Assembly: GCA_003427395.1 (NCBI GenBank)
Contig: BFEA01000034.1
Span: forward strand, 662,042-726,041
Reading direction: 5' to 3'
DNA length: 64,000 nt
Source of the DNA: Chara braunii
Lineage: Eukaryota; Plantae; Charophyceae
Shown here piece after piece: positions 12,108 through 24,411 of this stretch. Position numbers and translations under genes: made by a program. Within the stretch, counting starts at the first letter, position 1. Each line of letters opens with the position of its first letter. Under the pieces are notes generated by a model. It saw nothing but the letters and a program-made list of their open reading frames with translations, was not told where the DNA came from and ran no database searches.

Positions 12108-13329
12108 CGCTTCGACTTCTGCCTTTGTGCTCTACGAAATTTTTTGAAATGCAAGTCGCGTTCGGGGACATCGTCTACTGGTCTATTGTGTTTCTGGTCG
12201 TCCTGTCTTTCGTCTTCCTCCTCTCCCCTCCTCCTCTATCCCTGTCGTCCGACAGTGGTTTCTGCTGTTTTAAGTTGTCAACCATTACCATCGAATGCTC
12301 TAAGCATTAGAGTTTGGCACTGGTATGCTGTGTTACAACAAGATGACAGGATTGAACTACACCCAGTTGAGTACATAAGTTAAAAGCTGAATTCCCGAAA
12401 GGCCGCCAACCCACTTACGAACAGGAACTCTTCGTGCATGGGGAAGCTTTCATGTCTTCTCTTCTTCTTCTTCTCTCTTCTTCCTCCCGTCTTCCTCCAC
12501 CTTTTCCCCCCCTTTGCTCTCTTGCCTGTTTGGTTCCATTCGATTCTCTGTATGTTGGACTTCTGTCTCAACCTCAACCACAACACCATCAAGCTGGCTC
12601 CACGTACAGGCATTAGTTACTTCCTCAAGCCGAGAGGGGAAAAAAGTGGACGAAGACGGGAGGAAGCGTATGGGGAACTCTTCGTGCATCAGGACGCTCT
12701 GGATTATTGGGGGCATTCCCTCCTTGGGCCCCACTTCAAAATCACCTAAAAACAAAAACAAAAAACAGACTTTGCAGTGGATCCATGGATGAGAGATAGG
12801 GAAGTAGACTCTCTGTCAACACATAGCCTCAACCACAACACCATCAAGCTGGCTCCATACATTACACAGGCATTAGGTACTTCCTGAAGCCGAAGCACGG
12901 TAAGGGTCCCGGCAAAATACATATGAGGACGATGGACCACGTTTCCAGCAAGTGCAGCTCCTCACCAATAAACAGAGGCCACAAAAACGAACATGTGCTG
13001 CAGGGCCTTGCTCCTATCACCCCTGCAACATCAGCAGCAGATGTAAAAAAATTCACGAAAAACTATCTTACCAGTTGTGGCTCCACCCGCAAAAAAACGT
13101 TGAAATTTTGCAAAAAAGAGCAAGTCCAATGAGGGGTGTGGTGGCCTGAGCGCAGTTGCACAGCAACTGGCCTCCTTCGCCATCTCCCTCTTCCTCCTCC
13201 TCCTCCTCCACTGCCATCGCCCTCGTCCACGCCATCGCCATTCTCATACTCCTCCTCCCCTTACCTCCGATCTGATCTGGAAAGCATCTTGCGACCCCTC
13301 TTCATATCCCCCAACCTCCCCCATTCCCC

Positions 13330-13560
13330 CACCTGCACCATCACCTCATATACGACGTGACCTTTCCAAACTCCCCTCCTTCCCTTTCCCCACCTTCACC
13401 ATGACCTCATATACGACGTGACCTTTCCAAACTCCCCTCCTTCCCCTCCCTAAGCGTTAGTTAGCATGTTGAGAGCCCCTTACCTCCTCCCCCATCCCCA
13501 CGCATGTGACATCACCTTTCTGAACTCCCCTTTTTACCCAACCGTTAGCATGTTGCAAGG

Positions 13561-13626
<66 letters not shown>

Positions 13627-13719
13627 GCATGTGACATCACCTTTCTGAACTCCCCTTTTTACCCATGCTAACACCTTTCTGAACTCCCCTTTTTACCCAA
13701 CCGTTAGCATGTTGCAAGG

Positions 13720-13779
<60 letters not shown>

Positions 13780-13995
13780 ACATGCGTGCTCGACCTTGCG
13801 CCCTTCTCCCCCTCCCCCTCCCTGCTGTGTGCCGTTCCTGGCTCCCTTCTCCCACTCCCCCTCTCCGCTGTGTGCCGACACACACACACACATGCGTGCT
13901 CGACCTTGCGCCCTTCTCCCACTCCCCCTCCCTGCTGTGTTCCGTTCCTGGCTCCCTTCTCCCACTCCCCCTCTTCGCTGTGTGCCGCTCCCTCT

Positions 13996-14044
<49 letters not shown>

Positions 14045-14165
14045 GCACATTTCACCCGGTAGCCATCTCGTCATCCCCCTCTCACTCTTTCGCCCAGTGC
14101 CGCTCCCGCTACTATGCTGCCCCCCGCTACCCCGTTCCCACTCTCTCTCTCTCTCTCTCTCTCTC
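13330..14165. repeat. Composite minisatellite/microsatellite block
   Basis: Repeated CACCTTTCTGAACTCCCCTTTTTACCCA and CATGCGTGCTCGACCTTGCGCCC units interleaved with (CT)n and (CA)n. Confidence 0.8.
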
Positions 14166-14835
14166 NNNNNNNNNNNNNNNNNNNNNNNNNNNNNNNNNNN
14201 NNNNNNNNNNNNNNNNNNNNNNNNNNNNNNNNNNNNNNNNNNNNNNNNNNNNNNNNNNNNNNNNNNNNNNNNNNNNNNNNNNNNNNNNNNNNNNNNNNNN
14301 NNNNNNNNNNNNNNNNNNNNNNNNNNNNNNNNNNNNNNNNNNNNNNNNNNNNNNNNNNNNNNNNNNNNNNNNNNNNNNNNNNNNNNNNNNNNNNNNNNNN
14401 NNNNNNNNNNNNNNNNNNNNNNNNNNNNNNNNNNNNNNNNNNNNNNNNNNNNNNNNNNNNNNNNNNNNNNNNNNNNNNNNNNNNNNNNNNNNNNNNNNNN
14501 NNNNNNNNNNNNNNNNNNNNNNNNNNNNNNNNNNNNNNNNNNNNNNNNNNNNNNNNNNNNNNNNNNNNNNNNNNNNNNNNNNNNNNNNNNNNNNNNNNNN
14601 NNNNNNNNNNNNNNNNNNNNNNNNNNNNNNNNNNNNNNNNNNNNNNNNNNNNNNNNNNNNNNNNNNNNNNNNNNNNNNNNNNNNNNNNNNNNNNNNNNNN
14701 NNNNNNNNNNNNNNNNNNNNNNNNNNNNNNNNNNNNNNNNNNNNNNNNNNNNNNNNNNNNNNNNNNNNNNNNNNNNNNNNNNNNNNNNNNNNNNNNNNNN
14801 NNNNNNNNNNNNNNNNNNNNNNNNNNNNNNNNNNN
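14166..14835. other. Assembly gap
   Basis: Run of N. Confidence 1.
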
Positions 14836-14930
14836 TGCATGGCGCATGAACAGGGACCAGATGCGGATATCGCACACCCATGCGCCATGTGTGACGAGCG
14901 CGAGGCTGAGGGAGAGCCGCGGGAGAGGAG

Positions 14931-14968
14931 CTGTCTCTTATACACATCTAGATGTGTATAAGAGACAG
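14931..14968. other. Nextera mate-pair junction adapter (artefact)
   Basis: Exact CTGTCTCTTATACACATCT+AGATGTGTATAAGAGACAG, i.e. two head-to-head 19-bp Tn5 mosaic ends. Confidence 0.97.
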
Positions 14969-15061
14969 CTCTCTCTCTCTCTCTCTCTGTGGCGCACTGT
15001 TGACGCAGCGCTCTTCTCTCCCGCCCCCTCTCTGCCATATGCCGCTCCCGGTCCCGCAAAA

Positions 15062-15111
15062 AAATTCCCACGGTGTGACGGGCGGTGTGTACAAGGCCTG
15101 AGTACATATTG

Positions 15112-15155
<44 letters not shown>

Positions 15156-15249
15156 TTTCTCGAGTTGCAGAGAACAATCCGAACTGAGGCAATGTTTCAG
15201 GATTCGCTCCGCCTTAAAGCCTTGCTTCCTATTGTCATTGCCATTGTAA
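15062..15249 (-). pseudogene. Mitochondrial-type SSU rRNA fragment (NUMT)
   Basis: Contains the universal GACGGGCGGTGTGTACA and CATGCTGATCCGCGATTACTAGCGATTCC. The continuation GAGTTGCAGAGAACAATCCGAACTGAGGCAAT...GATTCGCTCCGCCTTA.AGCCTTGCTTCC matches my recollection of plant mitochondrial rrn18. Only ~190 bp long, with substitutions. Confidence 0.85.
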
Positions 15250-15265
15250 CTCTCACATGTGCGCA

Positions 15266-15304
<39 letters not shown>

Positions 15305-15426
15305 GTGAGCACGCTCGACGTCCTGCTCCCCCTATCCCGCTCCTGCAATATTTCAGGATTCACTCCGCCTTAAAGCCTTGATTCCTATTGTCATTGTCAT
15401 TGTAACTCTCACATGCGCGCACGCTT

Positions 15427-15476
<50 letters not shown>

Positions 15477-16158
15477 CACGCTCGACGTCCTGCTCCCGCT
15501 ATCCCGTCCCTACTCCCGCTATCCCGCTCCTGCCATCCCGTCCCCACTCCCACTATTTCTCTCTCTCTCTCTCTTGCACATGCTCGATCCGGCGCCCGTC
15601 GCCCCCTCCGCTTCCCCCTCTCCACCGTGTGCCGCTCCCCGCGCCCGCTATCCCTCTCTCTCACACACCATAGAGTATTGAACACCGTTTGAGTGTGCCA
15701 CTGCAGCGCAGAGCAGAGTAGCATAGTTCAAATCGAGCGTCGCAGTGTAGAGTAGAGGCGTAGAGTAGAGTAGCAAAGTAGAAGTCCAGGGTTGCAGCAT
15801 ACAGTGGCCACAGCATACAGTGGAGTAACAGTGTCGAGCGAAGTGGGTCGCACACGCACACACATACACACAAACACCACAAACACACACAAACACACAA
15901 ACAAAAAGCACGAAATAACTCACCTTCAGTCGTGCTGGCACACTCTAATGCACACCCCAAGCATCAGCGTCCAATCTTCTTGATGCAGAGCCCATCCCGA
16001 TGCACAGCCCAATCTCCAGCATGGCAAAAAGATTAGGAGCAAGTTCTTTCTGTGCATGTGGGTGCGTCAGAGAGAGACAGAGAGAGAGAGAAAGAGAGAG
16101 AGGACTGTGCCAGACTGTTTCGTCAGACTTTCACTGACTCATCAGAGGCTGAGCGCTG

Positions 16159-16208
<50 letters not shown>

Positions 16209-16581
16209 CCGCGCGCACGTGTGTGTCGAACGCGTAGGGTAGATCTTAGAGTAGTGTAGAGTAAGTCAGTCCACAACATCGTGGAGTAGGTTAGCCTGTC
16301 TACGCAGAGCTTAGAGTAGCGTAGAGTAGGGCAGTCCAGAACATTGTCGAGTAGCTTAGACCGTCTAGAGTCCAGTCGCCAGAGCTTAGACTGCCGCGTC
16401 GACGTCTACTGACGGCGTCCAGTCTACCTACCAGGGAGGTGCGCAAAAAAAGTTCGTTGCTATACGTTGTAAGAGCACACTGCCCCCAATCGCGCGCGGT
16501 ACCGGCGAGCTGGCCCGGTAACGTGCAATGGTACACACACTGCCCCGGTACCATGCACAGTTCCGGCATTGGCCCAGTAAC

Positions 16582-17168
16582 ATGCAAAAGTACCCGTGCC
16601 GGTGCGTGGACCCGGTACCGCGCATGGTACTGGTGCTGGCATGCAGGTTCGGCACCACGTGCGACGGTTCAACTTCTAAGACAAAACGATCAGCAGACCA
16701 TCGGGACCATCACAGAGTGTAAAATCAGAGGGCTTCGATCGTCTGCTTGTCACAGGCCGAAAATCAGCATCTTGTGAACTCCATTAACTCTCTTCTGCCA
16801 CCCTTTCACTGTTCAGTGGTCACCACCACTGGATAAACCTCTCACAACACCCTTCCTCTGCAAAAGTACCTGTGCCGGTGCGTGGACCCGGTACCGCGCA
16901 TGGTACTGGTGCTGGCATGCAGGCCCGGCACCACATGCAACGGTTCAACTTCTAAGACAAAACGATCAGCAGACGATCGGGACCATCACCGAGTGTAAAA
17001 TCAGAGGGCTCCAATCGTCTGCTTGTCACAGGCCGAAAATTAGCGATAGTTATATATGTAGTGAAAGTACTTTGAAGCATCTTGTGAACTCCATTAACTC
17101 TCTTCTGCCACCCTTTCACTGTTCAGTGGTCACCACTGGATAAACCTCTCACAACACCCTTCCTCTGC
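16582..17168. repeat. ~280-310-bp tandem duplication
   Basis: TGCAAAAGTACC.GTGCCGGTGCGTGGACCCGG...CACAACACCCTTCCTC at 16582-16858 and again at 16859-17168; the second copy has a ~30-bp insert. Confidence 0.85.
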
Positions 17169-17207
17169 CCTGATGTGTAAGAGACATCTTGTGAACACCT
17201 CAGCTTC

Positions 17208-17244
<37 letters not shown>

Positions 17245-18941
17245 TTCCCTGTACACCACCACTCTAAAAACATCAATGCTGCACTCCCCTCTCTCCTCCT
17301 CCACAACCATGAGCACAGTATCCCAAAAGGCCTTCGCCCCATCATACTAAGCATTGTGGAACCCCAACCTCTCTGCTCCCCCCGCCCTCAATGTGTGAAG
17401 CAATGACTTCCCTCCTGTTTATCAATGCAGCACTCCCCTCTGTACCCCGCAGCAAACATGTGCACAGTACCCCATAAGACCTTCATCTCATCGTACTTCC
17501 TGTCCACTTCATGTCCACTTCCCGTCTTGCACAAGGCAATTTGGAACCCCGGCCTCTCTGCTCCCCGTGCCCTTGCGATGTAAGCGGAGCACCTTGCAAA
17601 ACACCTTGCCATGTTCCTCGACAAAACATCTTGCCATGTTCGTCGCCACACAACTCGAAACCCCTCCCCACCCCCATTTCCTGCTCTTCTCCAGGTCGTC
17701 CAGCGCTATTGTAGCCTACCCATTAATGGTCGATCGAAAATGCTAGGGCCTACAAGTTCAGCTGTGCTTGGGCACTAGCAGGCACAAGTCCACATTCCAC
17801 AGCTTTTTCAATACCACAGGGTGTGCAGGCCCCTTACGGGTAGCTGTCTAGCCTACAGCTGTGCTGAACCTACCAGAGGTAGCTATTTTCTATGCTTCAC
17901 CTGTCCCCGGCGCACCCTGCCTTCGTTCACCTATACCCAATCATGCCCTGCCGTAATTTTCTTTTATTCTACCCAGCTGTACCCAGGCTTGTTCCGGATT
18001 TTGTAACATGCAGCACAGCTTGTTCCCAGTTTTTGTATGTGTACCCCCACAACCCGGCACCCCTCACACGTGTTCCTCACTTGGCCAGTGCTGCTTCGCT
18101 GCCACCAGGGCCTCTTTCTCGTCGTGGATTTGAGTTGTCACCTGTCCTCCTGCTGTTTGCTGTAATTGTCACGCGCGATGGCTGCTTTGTTGGCCACTGG
18201 TGATGGCTGGCCATCGTGCACGACTAACAACGGTCCACGGCCAGTGGACAAAAGCACACTCACAGCAGGACTTTCCCGGATGTCGCTGATAGGAATGATG
18301 GCCAAATCTGTGGCCACCGTATGACCAAGAGCCACTTCAGCAAAACAACAGGCTTTGTTTCACTGCTCACTGAATGGCAATCTATCTGGTGAGCAGTGTG
18401 GGAGTTCTGCACTCTGATGGAGTGATTCTTCTAATGCCATCAGAGATAAACCCTGTTTGTATTTTGTCACAAATATGTCATCAAACAGAACTGCCCGGTA
18501 AACCGCAGGCAGAGAAGGAGAAGAGGACAACAAACGCAGGGCTGTGACAGACTGTTTCGTCAGAGTTTCACTGACTCATAGGGAGGCTGAGCCCTCGACA
18601 GTCCGGGTTGTGGTTAAGCGACTGCCGGACAACTGATACCCTGAGGTAGGCACCATCCACTGCCCTCAAGGTACCTGTAACAAAAATCAAGGCAGACTAT
18701 CACTCACCCACACCAGAGGGAAAACTCCACAGACAACCAGTTCACACCCCATCAGAAGCCAGCAAAACACCCACAAAACAAAGAAAGGTCTGTCACAGCC
18801 AGAAAATACACTCCAGACACGCCGCTGGCACTAGAGGCACAGCATGGCTGCTTAGTGGTGGCCCCAACCTTAAGACGCTCAAGCTGACCGGAGAAAACCG
18901 TAGCGGGGTGCTGTTGAAGTTGTTGTATATATTATTATATT

Positions 18942-19437
18942 CAGTGTTGCACACGCCGATGGTCGGCGGCCCTTGACTAGTTGGCTGCCGACCCACCGAC
19001 CAGTCGGCTGGTCGGCACCTACCGGTCGGGGGTCGTCGGCACCCCGCAAAATTTTTTTTTTTTTTTTTTTTTTTTGGGGGGCGGGTGGGTCCAGAAACCC
19101 TCATAACACCACCAACCCCCCCATAGCGGCCCCCAATACGCCCATACACCCTTAAACCGCCCCCAACACCCTCATTCCCCCCCCCCGAATACCCCCTATA
19201 CCTGCCCTATATCCCCCTATACCACCTCTATTCACCCCCCCCCGCCCCCATCCCTAAAAGTTTCTCAGCGGATTTGGGCTGTACTCGACAAGCGCAGTAC
19301 AGCCCCCAACTCAGATTTGAAAAAAAATCAGTGGATGGTTGTTTTCTGACTGGTCGGCGGACCGCCGACCGGTCGGTCCTGATCGGTCGGGGTAAAACGG
19401 TTCGCGGTTGGGGTCGGCAGTCGGCGTTGTCAAACTG
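18942..19437 (+). mobile_element. hAT-like MITE (~500 bp)
   Basis: Ends CAGTGTTGCA...GTCAAACTG with CCGAC/GTCGG-rich subterminal repeats. Degenerate 8-bp TSD ATTATATT/AATATATA. Collinear with 51332-52925. Confidence 0.7.
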
Positions 19438-20011
19438 AATATATACATAGCTGGGGTTGGGCCCTCACTTTACAAAAACACAGGCACAGAAGGACAAACA
19501 GCATCCTTGCCACTCCCAAAGAGTCGAGTCTTCCCGAATGGAATGCCCGCTCATTACAGCTGTATTTGCGGCCACTTTCAGTCCGCGCATTCTATTCAGG
19601 TGAAGATGGTAGCCTCCTATATGTATAGCCGAGCACAAGTAAACATAGACATACAGCATCCTTGTCATTCCCAAAGAGTGCCCAGGAGCCTGCAACTGGA
19701 AGTCGTGCAGCTCACAGGCAGCCTACTAGCTCATACATGATGATAGAATAATTCAATAATTCCAATCTCTGAAAAATATCATGCAATGACAGAATCACAT
19801 GATGAGTGGTGCAACTGGAAATTAGGCCTTACCTACACTCTAACTGACTCGATTCCACGAATCACAGCACACTCAGTGGTGGATTCGTCGTGACAATCAT
19901 TAATAGACTCTGCGTAAGGCTGACCGGTCAACTGAAGCAAGATAGCAATTACTTTACCAAAAGCAGCAAAGCCAAGAGTATTCAACTTTAACACAGGACC
20001 TTTTGACTTAC

Positions 20012-20110
20012 ATCTGGTGGCCTTGGTTCTGCAGTTTCTGACAGCCGCTGCTTGATGTCTCTCGCAATTGTGAAGAAAACATTCTCCACATTCATATTCG
20101 TCTTTGCTGA
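20012..20110 (-). CDS. RABE1: RabE/Rab8-family small GTPase, internal exon (G5 box onward)
   Basis: cag|[33 protein letters not shown]|gtaagt; 99 nt, phase 0/0. Confidence 0.93.
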
Positions 20111-21317
20111 CTGTGAGATGACAACCCAAAAAGATTTCATAACCAAGTCAGCTTATGAGAAATACTGATTCAACACCAAAGCCGTAAAGTTCAACAAGGT
20201 CCTGACATGCTATTGGTGGAGGTGGCTATCTTTTAGCTGACCCCGGGCACAGACGTCAGCATCAGGCCTGTTCAAGGGCGATCAGGAACAAACGAGTGAA
20301 TAGTCAAACATCATAACAGGCTCACCAAGCATTGCCTACGGGAATGGCTAGCCACCACACGGAAACATGGGAACGACGCCCTGGGCTCTACCACCTGGAA
20401 AAGCGACTCTTCACTCACAAGACAGGACAACCTAGCTGGACTAGGGCGCAGCAGGCTCCTGGTGTATCAAATTTTGCTGCAAGGCAACATACAGTCCCGG
20501 AAGTGAGCAGCCACTACACGGAAGGCTCAGCTAGTACATGACAAAGGAGAGAGCAGGGGCAGTATCAGTAGAAACAAATTTGTACGTCTGGGCTAATGAC
20601 CAGAAAGAGGCTCACACAAGCCACATGCAAGCAAATATCAATGAGCCACCGTGTCTCCCACCTACTGAGCTGCAAGACCATCCTTGCGTTAATTCATGGT
20701 CACATGGCAAACCTGAGGGTTTCATGAGCTCCAATAGAGTCTACCTGTTTTGGTGCCGCCCATAGCCGCAAATGTCGATCAGCGGTGACTATGATTGCAA
20801 TTCTTTGATTACTACAAATCATACTTCCGGTGCATGTCGTGTGCAGTGTCTCAGCACTTGCGGTACAGAGCGCACCGCGCAGCCAGTGCAAGCACGGCAT
20901 GCGGCGCATCTTGCTGAATCAGGGGTCCTTCAAAACAAAAAACCAAAGTCCGGGAGGGGGAGGAGGCCCGGAGGGGTACCAGGGGAAATTGCCTGCTTGG
21001 GAGCAAAAATGTTTTCCGGGCCGCTCGCAGGGCTGGAAAGAATTTTGGGGGGAGAAATGAGTAGTTCATTTTCCAACTACTCAAGACCACCCCCGTGACA
21101 CCCCGGCAATAGGTCAACTAGCCGGTTGTGCCATGTCTCCTTGCCGGCCATCATGTGGTCCGTTTTCATCCTAGTTCGTGCTCGCCCATCACCAGCAGCA
21201 CCACAGCCATAGCGTGAGCAAGAAACAGGAGGCAGCTCCAGCATGCAGCAGGAGGCAGCTGGAGCAGGCAATGGGAGCAAGGAGGTATCAGTGAGCCGGT
21301 TGAGGTGGGTTGCCAAC

Positions 21318-21318
<1 letters not shown>

Positions 21319-21363
<45 letters not shown>

Positions 21364-22025
21364 TTTTCTTCGTCCATCTTTCCCTCCTTCCTCCATTTCT
21401 CCCGCCTCCTTTCTTCCTCATTTCTCCCTCCTCCTTTATCCCTCCCCCACTCTCCCTCCTCCTCCCTCCTTTTCTCCCTCCTTTCTCCCTCCTCCACGCA
21501 GCACCTCACGTCTCCCTCCTCTTTCCTCCTCCCTTCCTCCCTTCTCCCTCGCTTCCTCTTCCTTGCTTCCTCTTCTCCCTTTCTCCATCCTCCTTCCTCC
21601 CTTCTTATTTGTCCATCTCTCCCTCCCTTCTTCGTTCATCTCTCCTTCCTCCTTCCTCCCTCCTCATGTCCCCTCTTTCTTCGTCCTTCTCACCCTCCTC
21701 TCCGCCTTTTTGTACGTCCACCTATCCCTCCTTCCTCCCTTCTACCTCCTCTGCTCTCCCTCCTCCTTTCTCCCTTTCTACCTCCTTCGATTTGACGATC
21801 CCCAGGGCTTTCCTCTCCGCGTGGCACATCCACCCCGTCCATCCTTCGTCGTTTCTCCATCCACTATCATCAATCGCATCTTCCCTCCCAATCCTTCAAC
21901 CATCCACCATCCATCTCCCCTTCTTCCTTTTGCCATCCATCCTCCAACTATCCACCATCCATTTCCCCTTCTTCTGCTATCCATCCTCCAACCATCTCCC
22001 CTTCTTCCAATTGCCATCCATCCCA
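21319..22025. repeat. (CT)n plus long pyrimidine-rich low-complexity tract
   Basis: Almost entirely C/T, with CCATC repeats. The ORFs called here are compositional. Confidence 0.8.
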
Positions 22026-22318
22026 AATGAGAAAACTCAATTTGACATGTGAATTTTTTATCCCTCCTTTCGAACGACCGTTTCCGTAAATCGATTTGCT
22101 CCTCATGTTTTTTTCTTTTCGTTTTTTTTTTATGCCAGCCAGAATGTTGCACAACAGCCGATGGGGATTAGAGGGGAAGGGGTAGCGAGTAATTAGAGGG
22201 GAGAAGGTGGAGGGGGACGGCGGTAATGGGGTGTCCTTCGAGGGGCTTACCACCATCTGGTGTTGTGGCCACCCCCGTGATGCAGGTGACAGATGCAGTG
22301 GCATCGTGTTCAAATTGT

Positions 22319-22380
<62 letters not shown>

Positions 22381-22731
22381 CCGTGCTTTGCCCTTATTCG
22401 AAGCTCAAACGGGTGGAGAGAGTCACGGAGAGAGGGAACCCCTGCTTTACCTTGATTCGAAGCTCAAACGGGTGGAGAGAGAGAGAGAGAGTCAAGGAGA
22501 GAGTGAACCCGCTTTACCCTGATTCGAAGCTCAAAAGGGTGGTGAAAGCACCCCAAGGCTGGATATTGGCAAGGTTATGTGCAATGCAAGAACGGGAGTT
22601 CAGGAAAAAAAAAAAAAGAAAGGCAGCCCATCTGGCGAACCACCCTAGTGTATGACCCTCAGGAGTGCGCGCATCAGTGCATGGCGCATGAACAGGGACC
22701 AGATGCGGATATCGCACACCCATGCGCCATG

Positions 22732-23200
22732 TGTGACGAGCGCGAGGCTGAGGGAGAGCCGCGGGAGAGGAGAGAGAGAGGGAGAGAGGGAGAGCACACA
22801 CACACACTCACTCACTTGACACGACTGAGGGTGGGACAGACACAGTGCAAGGGCACAAAGTTGAAGTCTTGGATTCCGAATCCCGAAACAGCAAGTCACA
22901 CTGAGTACGAGTACAGCAGCTGAAAACTGGTACGAGACTGGTCCCCGTACTGTACGGGGAGCCGGTATAAGTACCGGTGACACGTACGGTACCAGGGGCA
23001 TTTCCGCAAAATCCCCGAGGGCAGAACTGAAAAATGCAGTATTTGAAAGTGGCACCTGAATTGCAGCACAGCGCCAGTTGTCCAAAATCCGACAGTACCA
23101 AAGGGGGGGTTGGAAAAACTGGTGCAAGGCCGAAAACGGGATGCAGCAGAAACAGCAAAAAGATACACCCAGGGATCGAGCCCTGGCGGAGTCCGTAACA
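22732..23200 (-). repeat. 3' LTR of element B
   Basis: TGTTACGGAC...CTCGTCACA, preceded on the minus strand by CAGAGGGAGGGGACAG. Confidence 0.9.
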
Positions 23201-23403
23201 CTGTCCCCTCCCTCTGAAAGGCAACTTCCCGGCTGCGAAAAAGCCAAGGAAACAAAAGGAGCTGTGAAGGACGGGATGGGGCCGATCACTGGTCGGAGAA
23301 GGAGAAGGGGAGTGATGCAAGTCACAGTGTATTCTGTCTGGTGTTCTGCACAGGCGAAGGTATGATGTAACTGGGTGGGTGAACAGGGAAAGCTAATCAA
23401 TGG

Positions 23404-23695
23404 TCTATTGATGTTCTACTGGGTAGGGGAAACGATGTTCAGGAAAACAGGGAATTTCTATTGATGTTCTACTGGGTAAGGGAAACAATGGTCAGGGGAA
23501 CAGGGAATTTCTATTGATGTTCTAGTTGATGTTCTACTGGGTAGGGGAAACGATGTTCAGGAAAACAGGGAATTTCTATTGATGTTCTACCGGGTAAGGG
23601 AAACAATGGTCAGGGGAACAGGGAATTTCTATTGATGTTCTAGTGCATAAGGGGAACAATGGTCAGGGAAACAGGGATCTGCTAATGATGTTCTA
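23404..23695. repeat. 53-bp minisatellite in the 3' non-coding region of element B
   Basis: About 5 copies of TCTATTGATGTTCTACTGGGTA.GGGAAAC.ATG.TCAGG..AACAGGGAATT. Confidence 0.85.
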
Positions 23696-24411
23696 AAGGG
23701 TTGTCAAAGTCAGGAAAAAAATAAAAATGAAAATGTTTGTTCAGGAGGCAAGGGCTAGTGTGTCCGAAGGAGTCGGAAGCAAAATCTCATGTAGAAACAA
23801 AGTGTCCAAGTGTCTTGCAAGGGGATCTGCAGCGGTCTTGATCAGGTCTTGGAGTAGGTGGTAGACGCGGTCTCCAGCGGCTGCGACAGGTAGAAGTCCA
23901 AAAAACGTAACAGTAGTTCAAATGTCCGAAGTCCAAGTGCTAGGGTGTGTCCGGTACACAAACTGCAATGAGGTCTGATCTGGAAGCAAGGAAGTCGCAG
24001 ACTGATGCAAAGATCCATGTCACAAGTTGCTGCTCCAGCGAGTCCGCGAGTCGGGATGCCGGCCGATGAAACAGCATGGTGGCCAAACCAGCTGCATAAT
24101 CTCCATGAACAGTGAGGCAGCAGGCCATCATCCTCGTGCGCTAGCCATTAGATCCTTTATCGCCGGCGTCACGCAGGTTCATAAGCATTGGACAACAGAG
24201 ACAAGGTAGTGGAGAGGACAGATGGGACAAGGCTAGGCGAGGGCAAGGGCAGATCAGACATCAGGAATCAGGGTCGAGGGGAGTGCGGACTGGGTTCAAG
24301 GGTGTGTGTAGAACGGGGTTGCGAGGTTGTAGCAAGGTTCAAGGGTGTGTGTAGGACATAGGACTAGCACGATCATAGGCGCGGACAAGTTTCATGGCAT
24401 TCTTGAGGTTC

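Noticed and set aside
11012-13072. CC-stop motifs (VCCSRS* near 11012-11047, YICC* near 13031) as the RabE last exon
   Set aside because: The first lies within an RT relic, and neither has a Rab-like linker or a convincing acceptor.
14931-14968. Genuine Tn5/IS50 transposon end or horizontal transfer
   Set aside because: It is the engineered mosaic-end palindrome of the Nextera mate-pair kit. It appears twice exactly, and one copy adjoins sequence duplicated from 7.8 kb away.
15062-15249. Functional rRNA gene
   Set aside because: Only ~190 bp, carries substitutions, and is flanked by nuclear microsatellites.
13786-15266. Long ORFs of 250-390 aa (also at 31069-31878 and 35044-36449)
   Set aside because: They run through N gaps and microsatellites.
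21243-22052. 269-aa Pro/Ser/Leu-rich protein
   Set aside because: A pyrimidine-only tract that lacks stop codons by composition and is open in several frames.
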